From Deltaproteobacteria bacterium (lineage in GTDB: Bacteria; Myxococcota_A; Polyangia; Polyangiales; Houyiibacteriaceae), in assembly GCA_017644045.1 (NCBI GenBank), contig JAEPMI010000011.1:58029-122028 (forward strand): a stretch of 64,000 nucleotides of DNA. The letters run 5' to 3'. Under the pieces are notes generated by a model. That model was not told where the DNA came from. It did not search any database and was given only the letters and a program-made list of their open reading frames with translations. The first letter of the stretch is position 1. Each line of letters opens with the position of its first letter. Made by a program: the position numbers and the translations under genes. Positions 1 through 8,914 of the stretch are shown here, piece by piece.

Positions 1-1460
1 AGGCTCGCCAGGCCGCCGCCGAGGGGCTCGACACCGGCCAGGACTACCAGATCGAGATCGCCCTCAACGCCCTGTGCGCGATCGAGTTCGAGGCCGGCGA
101 CGACGACGCCAGCTACGCCGCGTGTCGGCGCGCGCTCCAGCACGCGAAGAACTCGCCTGGCGGTGCCAACGCCGTCGATCTCACGAACTTCGCGGAGGCC
201 GCGCGGGCGGCGTTCCGGCTCGACGAAGCCGAGCGCACGCTGCTGGAGGCCACGGAGGCCAGCGCGGCCTGGTACGGCAACCCGTGGCTCGAGCTCGGCG
301 AGCTCTACACTCGGGGCGGTCGCTTCGCGGAGGCGCTCCAGGCGCTGCAGAAGGTGCAGCCCTATCGCGCTGCGCGGCCGCCCCACGTGCAGGACTCCGA
401 TCGCAACGAGAGCCGGCGCGCCCTCGCGTCGTTCTATCTGGCCATCGGTCGCTTCGGTGACGCCCGCGGCATCACCGAGAAGGCCCTCGTGATGCCGGAC
501 CGCCGTTCGCACAACAGCCGCGACCCCTTCCAGGACCGCGCGGTGGTCGCCCTGGTCGACCGCTCGGCGCAGCGCGGCATGGCGTCGCAGGCCGACGAGG
601 GCGCCGCGGCGCTCGGACTCTGGGAGCGCACGAAGGCGTTCGGCAACGGGCTGACCTTGCGCTTCGGCGGGTGGATGAGCGGGCGCCAGGCGGTTCAGCT
701 CCTCGCGGACGAGGACCGGCTGGTGGGCACCTTCCAGATCGGTACGTCGAAGGCGGCGATCGTCCCGCCGTGGATCGTGGGCGAGCTGGTCGAGGTGGCC
801 GGGGCGGCGGTGGTCGACGAAGCGGCTGCCCGCGCTCGGGCCGGCGACGCGCGCGCGGCCTCGGGCGCCTACTACGATGCCTTCCAGGCCGAGGCGGCGT
901 GGCGTCAGGGCGACGAGGAGAGGGCGCTCGAGCTCGCCGAGCGCGCGAGCGGCGCGCTCGGCGATGGCGAGGCGCTCCTCCGCGCGCGAGTCGACGCCAT
1001 TCGCGCCGCTGCGCTTCGCGCTCGGGACGGTCGCGAGGCGTCGACGGCGGCGTTCGAGCGGGTGCTCCAGCACGACCCCGGTGTCCTTCGCCGGCTGGAC
1101 ATCCCCTTGCCGGTACGAATCGAGGCCGCCGGCGATTCGCTGAGCGAAGCGGTCGCCGATGGTGTCGGGCGATCGCCCCGCTTCGACGTGGGAGAGGGCG
1201 GACTGCTGGTGTCGATCGAGCCGAGTGGTGCGGGGGTGCGTGCCTGCCTGCTCTCGACATCGAGGGCCGTCCTCGGATGCGGTGACCCGGGTACGGTAGA
1301 TCCAACGGCGTCCGAGGAGGCCCGCGCGCAGACGACCCTCGACAGGCTCCACCAGGCGGCATTCGCTCCCAGAGTCGACCTCAGCCAGGCAGACATCGGC
1401 TCCCTGGATGGGAGTCTTCGGACCGTCCGAGATCCGATGGACACCCTTTTGGGGAGGTAA
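1..1460 (+). CDS. TPR-like helical repeat protein, C-terminal part (5' end lies outside the window; codon phase starts at nt 3)
   Basis: The frame is open from the window edge to TAA at 1458-1460, with high GC at third codon positions. It has Ala/Leu/Arg-rich helical repeats (GRFAEALQALQKV, IGRFGDARGITEKAL). No catalytic motif was seen. Confidence 0.6.
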   Translation, partial: ARQAAAEGLDTGQDYQIEIALNALCAIEFEAGDDDASYAACRRALQHAKNSPGGANAVDLTNFAEAARAAFRLDEAERTLLEATEASAAWYGNPWLELGELYTRGGRFAEALQALQKVQPYRAARPPHVQDSDRNESRRALASFYLAIGRFGDARGITEKALVMPDRRSHNSRDPFQDRAVVALVDRSAQRGMASQADEGAAALGLWERTKAFGNGLTLRFGGWMSGRQAVQLLADEDRLVGTFQIGTSKAAIVPPWIVGELVEVAGAAVVDEAAARARAGDARAASGAYYDAFQAEAAWRQGDEERALELAERASGALGDGEALLRARVDAIRAAALRARDGREASTAAFERVLQHDPGVLRRLDIPLPVRIEAAGDSLSEAVADGVGRSPRFDVGEGGLLVSIEPSGAGVRACLLSTSRAVLGCGDPGTVDPTASEEARAQTTLDRLHQAAFAPRVDLSQADIGSLDGSLRTVRDPMDTLLGR

Positions 1461-1520
1461 AAGGCCTCCCTCGATTGAGGTATTTTACTTTTTCGATCTG
1501 TCCGTCATCCTTTGGGGGCC

Positions 1521-2291
1521 ATGGCGTCGAAGTCTGACCCTCTATTGCCCGCCCTTCCTTCCACCGACCGGATGGAGCAGTCCTCGGGGGTCCACACCCG
1601 AGCACGTACTGGCAGGGCGAGCGAGTGGCGGGACGCGATCGCCGAGGCCGACGGCTCGGTCACGCCGATGGTCGACTCGTTGCTCTCCGCCTACGAAGCG
1701 CTCGAGCTCCGCTCGCGCTTTTTTGCCGAGCAGGTCCTCGCGGCCCGCGCCGTCCTCGACCGGCTGACCCTCTCGGTCCACGTCGTGTCGCGGACGGGCG
1801 TGGTCTTCGCCAACTCGGCGGGTCGACGCCTCGAGCGTGACGGCGTCCTGATCGACAGCGACGGGCGGCTCGAGTGCGCGGCCTACGAGGCCAAGGAACA
1901 GTTCGCCGAGGCGTATGCCGCCGCCGAGCGCGCCCTGGATGGCTGCCACCCCTTCGTGCTCGTGCGCGACAGCGGGCCCCGGCTCCTCGGCCTCGCCGTG
2001 TCGGCCGGTCGCTCGCTCCCGGGCGCGGTGATCGTGGTCGTTCGCGACCCCGAGGCAGAAGAGTCGGTCGATGCCGAGGTCTTCGCTCAGCACTTCGGGC
2101 TCACTCCGGCCGAGGCCCGGGTCGCGGTGTGTCTCGCTGCCGGCGAGACCGCCCGCCAGGCCGCCGACTCGCTCGGCATCGGCGTCGAGACCGTGCGGAC
2201 GCACGTGAAGAGCATCCTCCGGAAGATGGGCACCAACCGTCAGGTGGACGCGGTGCGCATGCTCGTGACCGGTCCGCTGCTCGTCAGCTGA
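1521..2291 (+). CDS. LuxR/GerE-family helix-turn-helix transcriptional regulator
   Basis: The C-terminus carries a LuxR-type HTH (LTPAEARVAVCLAAGETARQAADSLGIGVETVRTHVKSILRKMG). An unusually AT-rich island at 1461-1510 lies upstream. The start is ambiguous between TTG 1512 and ATG 1521. Confidence 0.8.
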   Translation: MASKSDPLLPALPSTDRMEQSSGVHTRARTGRASEWRDAIAEADGSVTPMVDSLLSAYEALELRSRFFAEQVLAARAVLDRLTLSVHVVSRTGVVFANSAGRRLERDGVLIDSDGRLECAAYEAKEQFAEAYAAAERALDGCHPFVLVRDSGPRLLGLAVSAGRSLPGAVIVVVRDPEAEESVDAEVFAQHFGLTPAEARVAVCLAAGETARQAADSLGIGVETVRTHVKSILRKMGTNRQVDAVRMLVTGPLLVS

Positions 2292-3660
2292 GCAGCGGAA
2301 CCAGCCAGAGCACGTAGCCGACCGCCAGCAGGATCTGCAGGAGCGCGAACAGCGCCGCGCTCTTCACGAACTGCCCGAAGGTCATCGGCAGCCCGTACTT
2401 GTGCATCAGGGTGACCGCGACGACCGTCGACGCGGAGCCGATCGGCGTGAGGTTGCCGCCCAGGTTCGCGCCGAAGACGACGGCCCACCACAGCCGGGGA
2501 TCCTCCAGTGGCGCCATCCCGCTCAGGATCTTCGCGAGCATCGCCGCGAGCGGGATGTTGTCGGTCACGGCGCTGAACCCGGCGCTGCTGACCAACGTCG
2601 CGGCCGTGCCTGCGCCATCCATCTGCTCGTTGAGCCCGATCACCTGGGCGAGCCCGTCGCCGATCAACCCCAGGACCTGCGCGTGCTCCATCACGTCGAT
2701 GACGATGAAGAGGAACGCGAAGAAGAGGAGCAGGTCCCAGTCGACGTCCCGATAGAAGCGGTCGGCGGTGCCCTTGAAGCGGAGCAGCGTGATGATGCCG
2801 AAGGCCATCGCCACGAAGCCCATCCCGAGCGGGTACTCGAGCACCGAGGCCGCCGCGATGGAGCCGATGAAGAGGAGGAGCATCACCGACGCGAACCGGA
2901 AGAAGCCCACCGACTCGATGCCGTCGGCCTCGTCGAACGACGCGACCTTGGCCGCCGCGTCGGTGCGCTCGACCTGGGTCTTGAGCCGGCGGATGCCGAA
3001 GACGCGCGCGCCGAGCAGCAGTGTCGCGACCGTCGCGATGAGTACGTAGGGCGCCGCCACGATGAAGAAGCGCACGAACGAGATGCCGGCCGCGGTGCCG
3101 ACGATGATGTTGGGCACCGAGGAGATGAGGGTGAGCAACCCGCCGATGTTGGTCAGCAGGCCTTCGATGAGCAGGAAGCCGAGGAGCTGGCCCCGGCGCT
3201 CGAGCTTCTCGAGCGAGACCGCGGTGAGCGAACCGACGATGATCATCGCCGTCACGTTGTTCAGCAACGCCGAGAACCCGACGGTGAGCCCGCCATACGC
3301 GAGCAGGAGCAGGAGCGGGTCGCCCTTCGACGCCTTGGTGAGCTTGATGGCGATCCAGGTGAAGAGCCCGGACTTGCTCGTCACGTCGACGAAGAGGCTC
3401 GAGCCGAGGATGATCGCGATCACCGGCCAGTCGATGCCGAGCACGTAGACGGGGAGCTCGTGGGTGTCTCCCATCGTGTCGCGGAGCGCCCCGAAGGGAA
3501 GCACGTCGAGCACGTGGCCGAGGGCGAGGGCGAGCACGGCGAAGACGCCGGTGATCACCGACTTCTTGGCGTGCAGTCGCTCTTCGAGCGCGAGGGAGAG
3601 GATCATCCCCACCAGTACGGCGACGAAGATCAGCGTCGTTGCGAGGGTCGGTTCGTGCAC
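2284..3660 (-). CDS. ArsB/NhaD-type (citrate-transporter-like) ion permease
   Basis: 458 aa and almost entirely hydrophobic helices, with the motif GANLGGNLTPIGSASTVV. The GTG start at 3660 lies 4 nt after the stop of the upstream USP gene. The family assignment is by resemblance only. Confidence 0.65.
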   Translation of the reverse strand: MHEPTLATTLIFVAVLVGMILSLALEERLHAKKSVITGVFAVLALALGHVLDVLPFGALRDTMGDTHELPVYVLGIDWPVIAIILGSSLFVDVTSKSGLFTWIAIKLTKASKGDPLLLLLAYGGLTVGFSALLNNVTAMIIVGSLTAVSLEKLERRGQLLGFLLIEGLLTNIGGLLTLISSVPNIIVGTAAGISFVRFFIVAAPYVLIATVATLLLGARVFGIRRLKTQVERTDAAAKVASFDEADGIESVGFFRFASVMLLLFIGSIAAASVLEYPLGMGFVAMAFGIITLLRFKGTADRFYRDVDWDLLLFFAFLFIVIDVMEHAQVLGLIGDGLAQVIGLNEQMDGAGTAATLVSSAGFSAVTDNIPLAAMLAKILSGMAPLEDPRLWWAVVFGANLGGNLTPIGSASTVVAVTLMHKYGLPMTFGQFVKSAALFALLQILLAVGYVLWLVPLLS

Positions 3661-3664
3661 GGAC

Positions 3665-4531
3665 TCAGACCATCAGCAGCGGGGTCTGCACCAGCTCGAC
3701 GGCGAGCGAGTACGCGACTCCGTGGAGGGCGATTCGGTCTTCTTCGAGCGTCGGGAAGACCACCAGGTCCACCTCGTGCGCCTCGATGATCGCGCGGTAG
3801 TCGGCGACCCGATGTCCGCGCAGCACGTGCTCGACCACCGTCAGGTCCTCGCCCGCTTCGGCGAGGGCGGCGCTGGCCGTCGCGATCCATTCCTTCGGCT
3901 CGCGCAGCAGCTGCTGCAGTAGCGTCTCGCGCGCGGTCTCCGTGTCGATCTCGGGGATCTTCGAGATCGCGGTCATGTAGCGCTCGAAGATCTCGTCGTG
4001 CTCCATGTGGGTCAGGTGGAGCTTGCCGCCTTCGCGGGTGGCTCGCGCGGCCCAGCTCACCAGGAGGTCGTCGCCGACGAGGCTGTCGTTGATCGCCATC
4101 ACGCTGTCGGTGCGGTTGTGGCGCCACTCCATCGACGGGTAGGCCCGAGGGTTCGGAGTGACGAAGACCGGCAACTGCGTGCCGCGCGTGAGCGCGTTCA
4201 GGTAGATGCCCAGGCTGTAGGCCCATTGCCAAGCGTCGCTGTTCAGGTTTCGGTAGGTGACCACCGCGTCGTGGTCGCCCTCCTCGACGAGGCGGAGCAC
4301 GCCCTCGACCCCCGACCAGCTTCCCGCGCCCCTCACGTCCCACGTCGGCGGCTCGCTCGCAGCGACGGTGATGGGCTCCAGCAGTGCCTTGGACGCTCGC
4401 ACGTAGTCGGCGAGCGCCTCGCCCTCCAGGTCGGCGATCACCAGCACCTGGCCGACGTCGGGCGGCGCGAAGGCGAACTGCTTCTTGTCCGCCGCCCGAA
4501 ACACGGACTCGAATTCGTCCACGTTCAACAT
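3665..4531 (-). CDS. Universal stress protein (UspA)-like protein, probably tandem domains
   Basis: I chose ATG 4531 (MLNVDEFESVF...). The longer 388-aa ORF extension is Arg/Gly-rich and runs into the divergent gene. The C-terminus ...HEVDLVVFPT...GVAYSLAVELVQTPLLMV looks USP-like. Confidence 0.5.
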   Translation of the reverse strand: MLNVDEFESVFRAADKKQFAFAPPDVGQVLVIADLEGEALADYVRASKALLEPITVAASEPPTWDVRGAGSWSGVEGVLRLVEEGDHDAVVTYRNLNSDAWQWAYSLGIYLNALTRGTQLPVFVTPNPRAYPSMEWRHNRTDSVMAINDSLVGDDLLVSWAARATREGGKLHLTHMEHDEIFERYMTAISKIPEIDTETARETLLQQLLREPKEWIATASAALAEAGEDLTVVEHVLRGHRVADYRAIIEAHEVDLVVFPTLEEDRIALHGVAYSLAVELVQTPLLMV

Positions 4532-4591
4532 ACGGGCGAGAGCATAGACCACACGGTCGCCGCGTCGACGCCGACGGCCCCGCGGCGTAGG

Positions 4592-5203
4592 GTGCGCCGG
4601 GTGACCGAGGCCGCCGAGAACGACCACCATGAGGACGCCCCCGAGGGCGGTCCGTCCCGGCTTCGGCTGGCGCTGCTCGTGGTCTTCCTGGTCGGCCTCT
4701 TCGTCCTGGGCGCGGCCACCGGCTGGACCGACCGCTTCACGCTCGAGGGCATCCGCGAGACGATCGCGGGCGCGGGCCTCTGGGGCTTCGCCATCTTCAT
4801 CGGCGCCTTCGCGGTCGGCGAGCTCCTGCACGTACCTGGCTTCCTCTTCGTCGCGGCCGCGGTCCTCGCCTATGGGCGTCTCGCCGGCGGGGCGGCGGCC
4901 TACGTCGGCGCCGTCGTGAGCGTGGTCGTCAGCTTCGCCGTCGTCCGTGCCGTCGGCGGTCGAGCGCTCGGCGGGCTGAAGAACGCGCGGGTGCGCAAGA
5001 TCCTCGACCGGCTCGAGGAGCGACCGGTGCGGGTGGTCGCGATCCTGCGACTGCTGCTGTGGATGGCTCCGCCGCTGAACTACGCGCTCGCGCTCTCGCC
5101 GGTGCGCTTTCGCGACTACCTGATCGGCAGCGCCGTTGGTCTCGTGGTGCCGATCGCCCTGGCGTCGGCGTTCCTGGACTGGTTCATCCAGTACCTGCTC
5201 TGA
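4592..5203 (+). CDS. DedA / TVP38-TMEM64 (SNARE-associated) family membrane protein
   Basis: In-frame GTG codons occur at 4592 and 4601. The protein has several TM helices (LRLALLVVFLVGLFVLGAATGW; GLWGFAIFIGAFAVGELLHVPGFLFVAAAVLAYG). It is divergent from the USP gene. Confidence 0.6.
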   Translation: MRRVTEAAENDHHEDAPEGGPSRLRLALLVVFLVGLFVLGAATGWTDRFTLEGIRETIAGAGLWGFAIFIGAFAVGELLHVPGFLFVAAAVLAYGRLAGGAAAYVGAVVSVVVSFAVVRAVGGRALGGLKNARVRKILDRLEERPVRVVAILRLLLWMAPPLNYALALSPVRFRDYLIGSAVGLVVPIALASAFLDWFIQYLL

Positions 5204-5327
5204 GCGCTCGGCTGTCGGCGTTCGGCGTTCGGCCCTCGGCGTCCGACTCCGACTACCGACTACCGACTACCGACGACCGACGACCGACGACCGAGCTCCG
5301 ACTCCGAGAGCCGACTCCGAGAGCCGC
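5204..5327. repeat. Dyad-symmetric array of heptad repeats: 5 x TCGG-NNN followed by about 12 x CCGA-N(2-3)
   Basis: TCGG occurs at 5208, 5215, 5222, 5229 and 5236, exactly 7 nt apart. From 5243 the units are CCGACT, CCGACTA x3, CCGACGA x3, CCGAGCT, then CCGACTCCGAGAG x2. The array fills the convergent intergenic gap between the stops at 5203 and 5331. Confidence 0.9.
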
Positions 5328-5330
5328 GTC

Positions 5331-6455
5331 CTACTCGACCGGCGACTGCGAGGCGTTCCCCGCACGCCGCTCCTTCAGCACGACCTCGCCGCCCTCGAGC
5401 GCGAAGACCAGGTCGAAGCTCCACGACTCGGGCGGAGGCAACCCCTCGGTCGCGGCCTCGAAGCACGCCATCACCGCGGCGTGATCCAGCTGGTGCTCCT
5501 GCTCGCACTCGAAGTAGTGGCCCGCCTCGTCTTCGTGCTCGTCGAAGCCACCGGCGACGGAGACCACGAGGTCCCCCTCTTCGAAGCGCACGCCGGTCAC
5601 CGTTTCGGAGGCCTCGAGCGCGCCGTAGACGTCGCGCGCGTCCGACGAGCAGACCCGGGCCGCTTCCCACCAGCCCGAGTCGTCCTTCAGCACCAACCCG
5701 GTGGCCAGCATGGGCTCGTCCGGGAGCTCGCGGCTGATGAACGCGAGCTCCGGCCAGCCGTCGGGGCGAGCCGGGATCTCCACCTCGTCCCGTTGGCACT
5801 CGCTCTCGGGGCAGAGCGCTTCGAGGGTCGGTGAACGCTCCTCCTCGGCGTCCACCGCGCCCGCGTCGTCCGCGTCGTCCGCGCTCGATTCGGCGACCTC
5901 CGCCGCGGCCTCCAGGGCGTCCAGCTTGCGGCGAACGGTCCCGTTCGGTCGCAGCGAGAGCGACTCTCGCAGCGAGGCGATCGCTGCGTCGATGTCCTGT
6001 TCCGCCTCGTCGACGAGGGCGAGGTCGTAGAGGCACGCGGCTCGCCGACGCGGCTGGACCGCGACCGAGAGACCGGCGTCGAGGTGTCGTCGCGCCAGCG
6101 CCCATTGACCGAGCTGGATCGCTTGGTAGCCCGCCTCGCAGTGGAGGGTCGCGTCCGGTCCGCCGTCGCCGAGCGCGTCCTCGAACGAGCGGAGGGCCTG
6201 TGCGTGGCCACCTGCGCGGCCATGGCGTCGGCCGTCCGCGAGCAGCGTCGCTCGCCGGGAGGCCGCCTCCCGCTCCTCCGGCAACGCGCGCATGTGTGCG
6301 GCCGCGCGTCCCGCTGGAGTCGACGCTTGCACCTCCGGCGTGAGCGTTGGCGTGCTGGTGCTCCGTCCGCCGAGATCGGGGGACGACTCCTGCGTGCCGC
6401 AGCTGTCGCAGGCCGCCAGGAGCAGGGCGACGCAGGCGGCCGCCCGCGCCGTCAT
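5331..6455 (-). CDS. Lipoprotein with TPR-like segment and acidic C-terminal domain (hypothetical)
   Basis: ATG 6455 gives MTARAAACVALLLAACDSCG, a signal peptide with lipobox LLAAC. The start overlaps the kinase stop by 4 nt (ATGA, 6452-6455). The longer 625-aa ORF is an out-of-frame read-through across the kinase gene. Confidence 0.7.
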   Translation of the reverse strand: MTARAAACVALLLAACDSCGTQESSPDLGGRSTSTPTLTPEVQASTPAGRAAAHMRALPEEREAASRRATLLADGRRHGRAGGHAQALRSFEDALGDGGPDATLHCEAGYQAIQLGQWALARRHLDAGLSVAVQPRRRAACLYDLALVDEAEQDIDAAIASLRESLSLRPNGTVRRKLDALEAAAEVAESSADDADDAGAVDAEEERSPTLEALCPESECQRDEVEIPARPDGWPELAFISRELPDEPMLATGLVLKDDSGWWEAARVCSSDARDVYGALEASETVTGVRFEEGDLVVSVAGGFDEHEDEAGHYFECEQEHQLDHAAVMACFEAATEGLPPPESWSFDLVFALEGGEVVLKERRAGNASQSPVE

Positions 6456-7531
6456 CGCCGCGCGCCCGCCGCTTCGCGGGGCGCCGCGTCGACCGTTCGG
6501 AGCCGCTCGATGTCGAGGTGCTCGGTGACCGCGTTGTCGTCGATGACGGCCTGCCGCAGGCGATCGCGCGCCTGCGCGATGCTGCGCGCGATCACGTCGT
6601 TGCTGGTCGACTCCGGCGTCATCCGCAGGATGTTCGCCAGCGCCCGCACCATCGAGCGCGCGGAGGAGTAGCGGCGCTCCGGCTCCTTCTGGAGCGCTCG
6701 GTGGAGCGCGTCGCAGAGGCTCTGCGGCAGGTCGGGCCGCGACTCCGCGAGCGGCGGCACCTGGGCGTCGCGCACCTTCTGGAGCACGTCGAGCGGCGTG
6801 TCGCCCTTGAAGAGCTTCCGTCCGGCGAGCGCCTCCCAGAGCACGATGCCCACGCCGAAGATGTCGGTCTGCACGGAAGGGTCTGCCCCTCGGGTCATCT
6901 CGGGGGCGATGTACCCGAGCTTGCCCTTCACCATCTCCGGCTGGGTGGTGCGCGCGCGGTCCATCGCGCGCGCGAGGCCGAAGTCCGCCAGCCGCACGAC
7001 TCCGTTGGTGCCCATCAGGATGTTCTGGGGCGTCACGTCGCGGTGAAAGACCGGTGAGAGCTTTCCGTCCTCGTTCCGGTGGGTGTGCGCCGAGTTGAGC
7101 GCCTTGAGGATCTCGATGCCGATGGCGGCCGCCAGGTGCCACGGCGCGGGCTCTTCGACCGCGCGATGGGCCATCCGCCACTCGTGGAGGTTCAGGCCGT
7201 CGACCCACTCCATCACCAGGAAGTAGGCGCCGTCCTCGTCCCGGTCGAAGTCGTGGATCTGGACGATGTTCGGGTGCTGGAGGGCGGCCGTCACGCGCGC
7301 CTCCTCGACGAACATCGCGACGAACTTCGGGTCCTCGCTGAGCTCGTCGATGATCCGTTTCACGGCGACCGGCCGCCGGAAGCCCGCCACGCCGTGGGTG
7401 GTCGCACGGAAGACCTCGGCCATCCCACCGCGACCGGCGAGGGCGAGAAGCTCGTATTTTCCGCCCAGAAGGCGGCCGATGGCGGGGTGTTTCGACAAGG
7501 CGGAGTTGCGGCTGGAGTGCAACGTTACCAT
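6452..7531 (-). CDS. Eukaryotic-like Ser/Thr protein kinase
   Basis: Kinase motifs are present: GRGGMAEVF (Gly loop), PVAVKRI (Lys), HRDVTPQNIL (catalytic loop), ADFGLA (DFG) and GKLGYIAPE. ATG 7531 is preceded by GGAGGG. Confidence 0.9.
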   Translation of the reverse strand: MVTLHSSRNSALSKHPAIGRLLGGKYELLALAGRGGMAEVFRATTHGVAGFRRPVAVKRIIDELSEDPKFVAMFVEEARVTAALQHPNIVQIHDFDRDEDGAYFLVMEWVDGLNLHEWRMAHRAVEEPAPWHLAAAIGIEILKALNSAHTHRNEDGKLSPVFHRDVTPQNILMGTNGVVRLADFGLARAMDRARTTQPEMVKGKLGYIAPEMTRGADPSVQTDIFGVGIVLWEALAGRKLFKGDTPLDVLQKVRDAQVPPLAESRPDLPQSLCDALHRALQKEPERRYSSARSMVRALANILRMTPESTSNDVIARSIAQARDRLRQAVIDDNAVTEHLDIERLRTVDAAPREAAGARR

Positions 7532-7617
7532 CCCCTGGCCCTCCAGGTCAGGCGACGTTCGACCCGCCGTCCCGTCGAAAATTTGACCTCGCGCGCGCGA
7601 GCCTCGAATGGTCGGGC

Positions 7618-8910
7618 ATGTCCCGTCGAATCCTCTTGGTGGCCCTCGCGTCCGCGGTCCTCGTGCTCGGGGGCGTCGGCCTCTGGAGCCACCACCAGGA
7701 CGGCGAGCGGGACGCTCACCTCGAGCGGGGCCGAGCGCTCCTGGCGACTTCGTTCGCCGAGGCTCCCGAGCTGCACGATCTGCCAGCGGGCGACGCCCTC
7801 GCGGCCTTCGAAGCCGCCGAGGCCCTCGGAGCCGCCATACCGGCCGAGCGCGCCTCCGCCGAGGCGCTCGCGTTCCTCCAGGCGGGCGACCTGGTCTCCT
7901 CCGCCGGCGCACTCCGCGAAGCCAAGCGGCCGGGCTGGACCGCCCGGCTCCGCCTCGTCGCGGCGGCCATCGCCGCGAGCCGGGGGCACGAGGCGGACGC
8001 TCGCGAGCACGTGAACGAGGCGCTCATCCTCTCGGCGGACGGGGACGACCCCGCGGACCACCGACGCGCGCTCCTCTTCGCGGGAGACCTCGCGCTCGAC
8101 GCCTCCGAGTCGCGCTCGGCGCGCGATGCCTTCGCCGAGCTCGCCGAGCTCGAGCCCGAGGTCGCGGCCGTCCACAACCGGCTCGGTTTGGCGCTCGAGG
8201 GCCTCGGCGAGTGGGAGCCCGCTCGTGACGCGGTGCGACGGGCGGTGAGCCTCGACCCGGAGCTGACCGACGGGTGGATCAACCGCGGTCGCCAGGCGCG
8301 AGCGCTCGGCGAGCTCGACGAGGCCGCCGAAGCGTTCGAACACGCGACCGAGCTGGCCCCCGCGCGGTCCGACGCCTGGCTCGGCTTCGGCCTCAGCGCG
8401 CTCGACCGAGGCGACCCCGCCGCGGCGCGCCCGGCGCTCGAGCGAGCGTCGGAGCTGGCGCCGGAGAGCGTGGATGCGTCGCTCGCGCTCGCCGACCTCC
8501 TCGCGGCCGAGGGCCGCCTCGACGAGGCCGCCGACGCGTACCGCCTCACGCTCCGCGACAACCTCCACCACGCCGCGGGTTGGGTGAAGCTCGGCAACGT
8601 GCTCTTCGCCCTCGGCGAGAAAGCCGATGCGGCCTTCGCGCACCGCCGCGCGCTCGAGCGGGACCCCTCGCTGGCGGCCGCCCACAACGGCCTGGGCGCC
8701 GCGCTCATCGGCATCGACGACGACGCCGCTCAGGCGGCGCTCCGCACCGCCGCCGAGCTCGACGCTGCCGACCCCCACCCGCTCATGAACCTCGCGCTCC
8801 TGGCCGAGCGCCGCGGCGACCGCGACGCCGCGCGCGACGCCTGGCAGCGCGCCGCCGAGCGCGACCCGGACAGCCTCGTGGTGGCCGAGCGCCTCGCCGC
8901 GCTGCGCTGA
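7618..8910 (+). CDS. TPR repeat protein with N-terminal membrane anchor
   Basis: The N-terminus is MSRRILLVALASAVLVLGGVGLW. Many TPR-like units follow (AWLGFGLSALDRGDPAAARPALERASELAP; GWVKLGNVLFALGEKADAAFAHRRALERDP). Confidence 0.8.
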   Translation: MSRRILLVALASAVLVLGGVGLWSHHQDGERDAHLERGRALLATSFAEAPELHDLPAGDALAAFEAAEALGAAIPAERASAEALAFLQAGDLVSSAGALREAKRPGWTARLRLVAAAIAASRGHEADAREHVNEALILSADGDDPADHRRALLFAGDLALDASESRSARDAFAELAELEPEVAAVHNRLGLALEGLGEWEPARDAVRRAVSLDPELTDGWINRGRQARALGELDEAAEAFEHATELAPARSDAWLGFGLSALDRGDPAAARPALERASELAPESVDASLALADLLAAEGRLDEAADAYRLTLRDNLHHAAGWVKLGNVLFALGEKADAAFAHRRALERDPSLAAAHNGLGAALIGIDDDAAQAALRTAAELDAADPHPLMNLALLAERRGDRDAARDAWQRAAERDPDSLVVAERLAALR

Positions 8911-8914
8911 CGCC

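Noticed and set aside
2401-3789. 462-aa plus-strand ORF across the permease gene
   Set aside because: It is antisense to a clear polytopic permease. The translation is an extreme Arg/Glu/Asp/His-rich, low-complexity sequence.
5204-5327. Possible CRISPR array
   Set aside because: The repeat unit is only 6-7 nt with no spacers, and no cas genes are nearby. It is a heptad microsatellite-like array, not CRISPR.
5331-7208. A single 625-aa ORF spanning both the lipoprotein and the kinase region
   Set aside because: Upstream of ATG 6455 this frame is Arg/Pro/Gly-rich and lies out of frame over the genuine kinase gene (6452-7531). The real product starts at the lipoprotein signal peptide.
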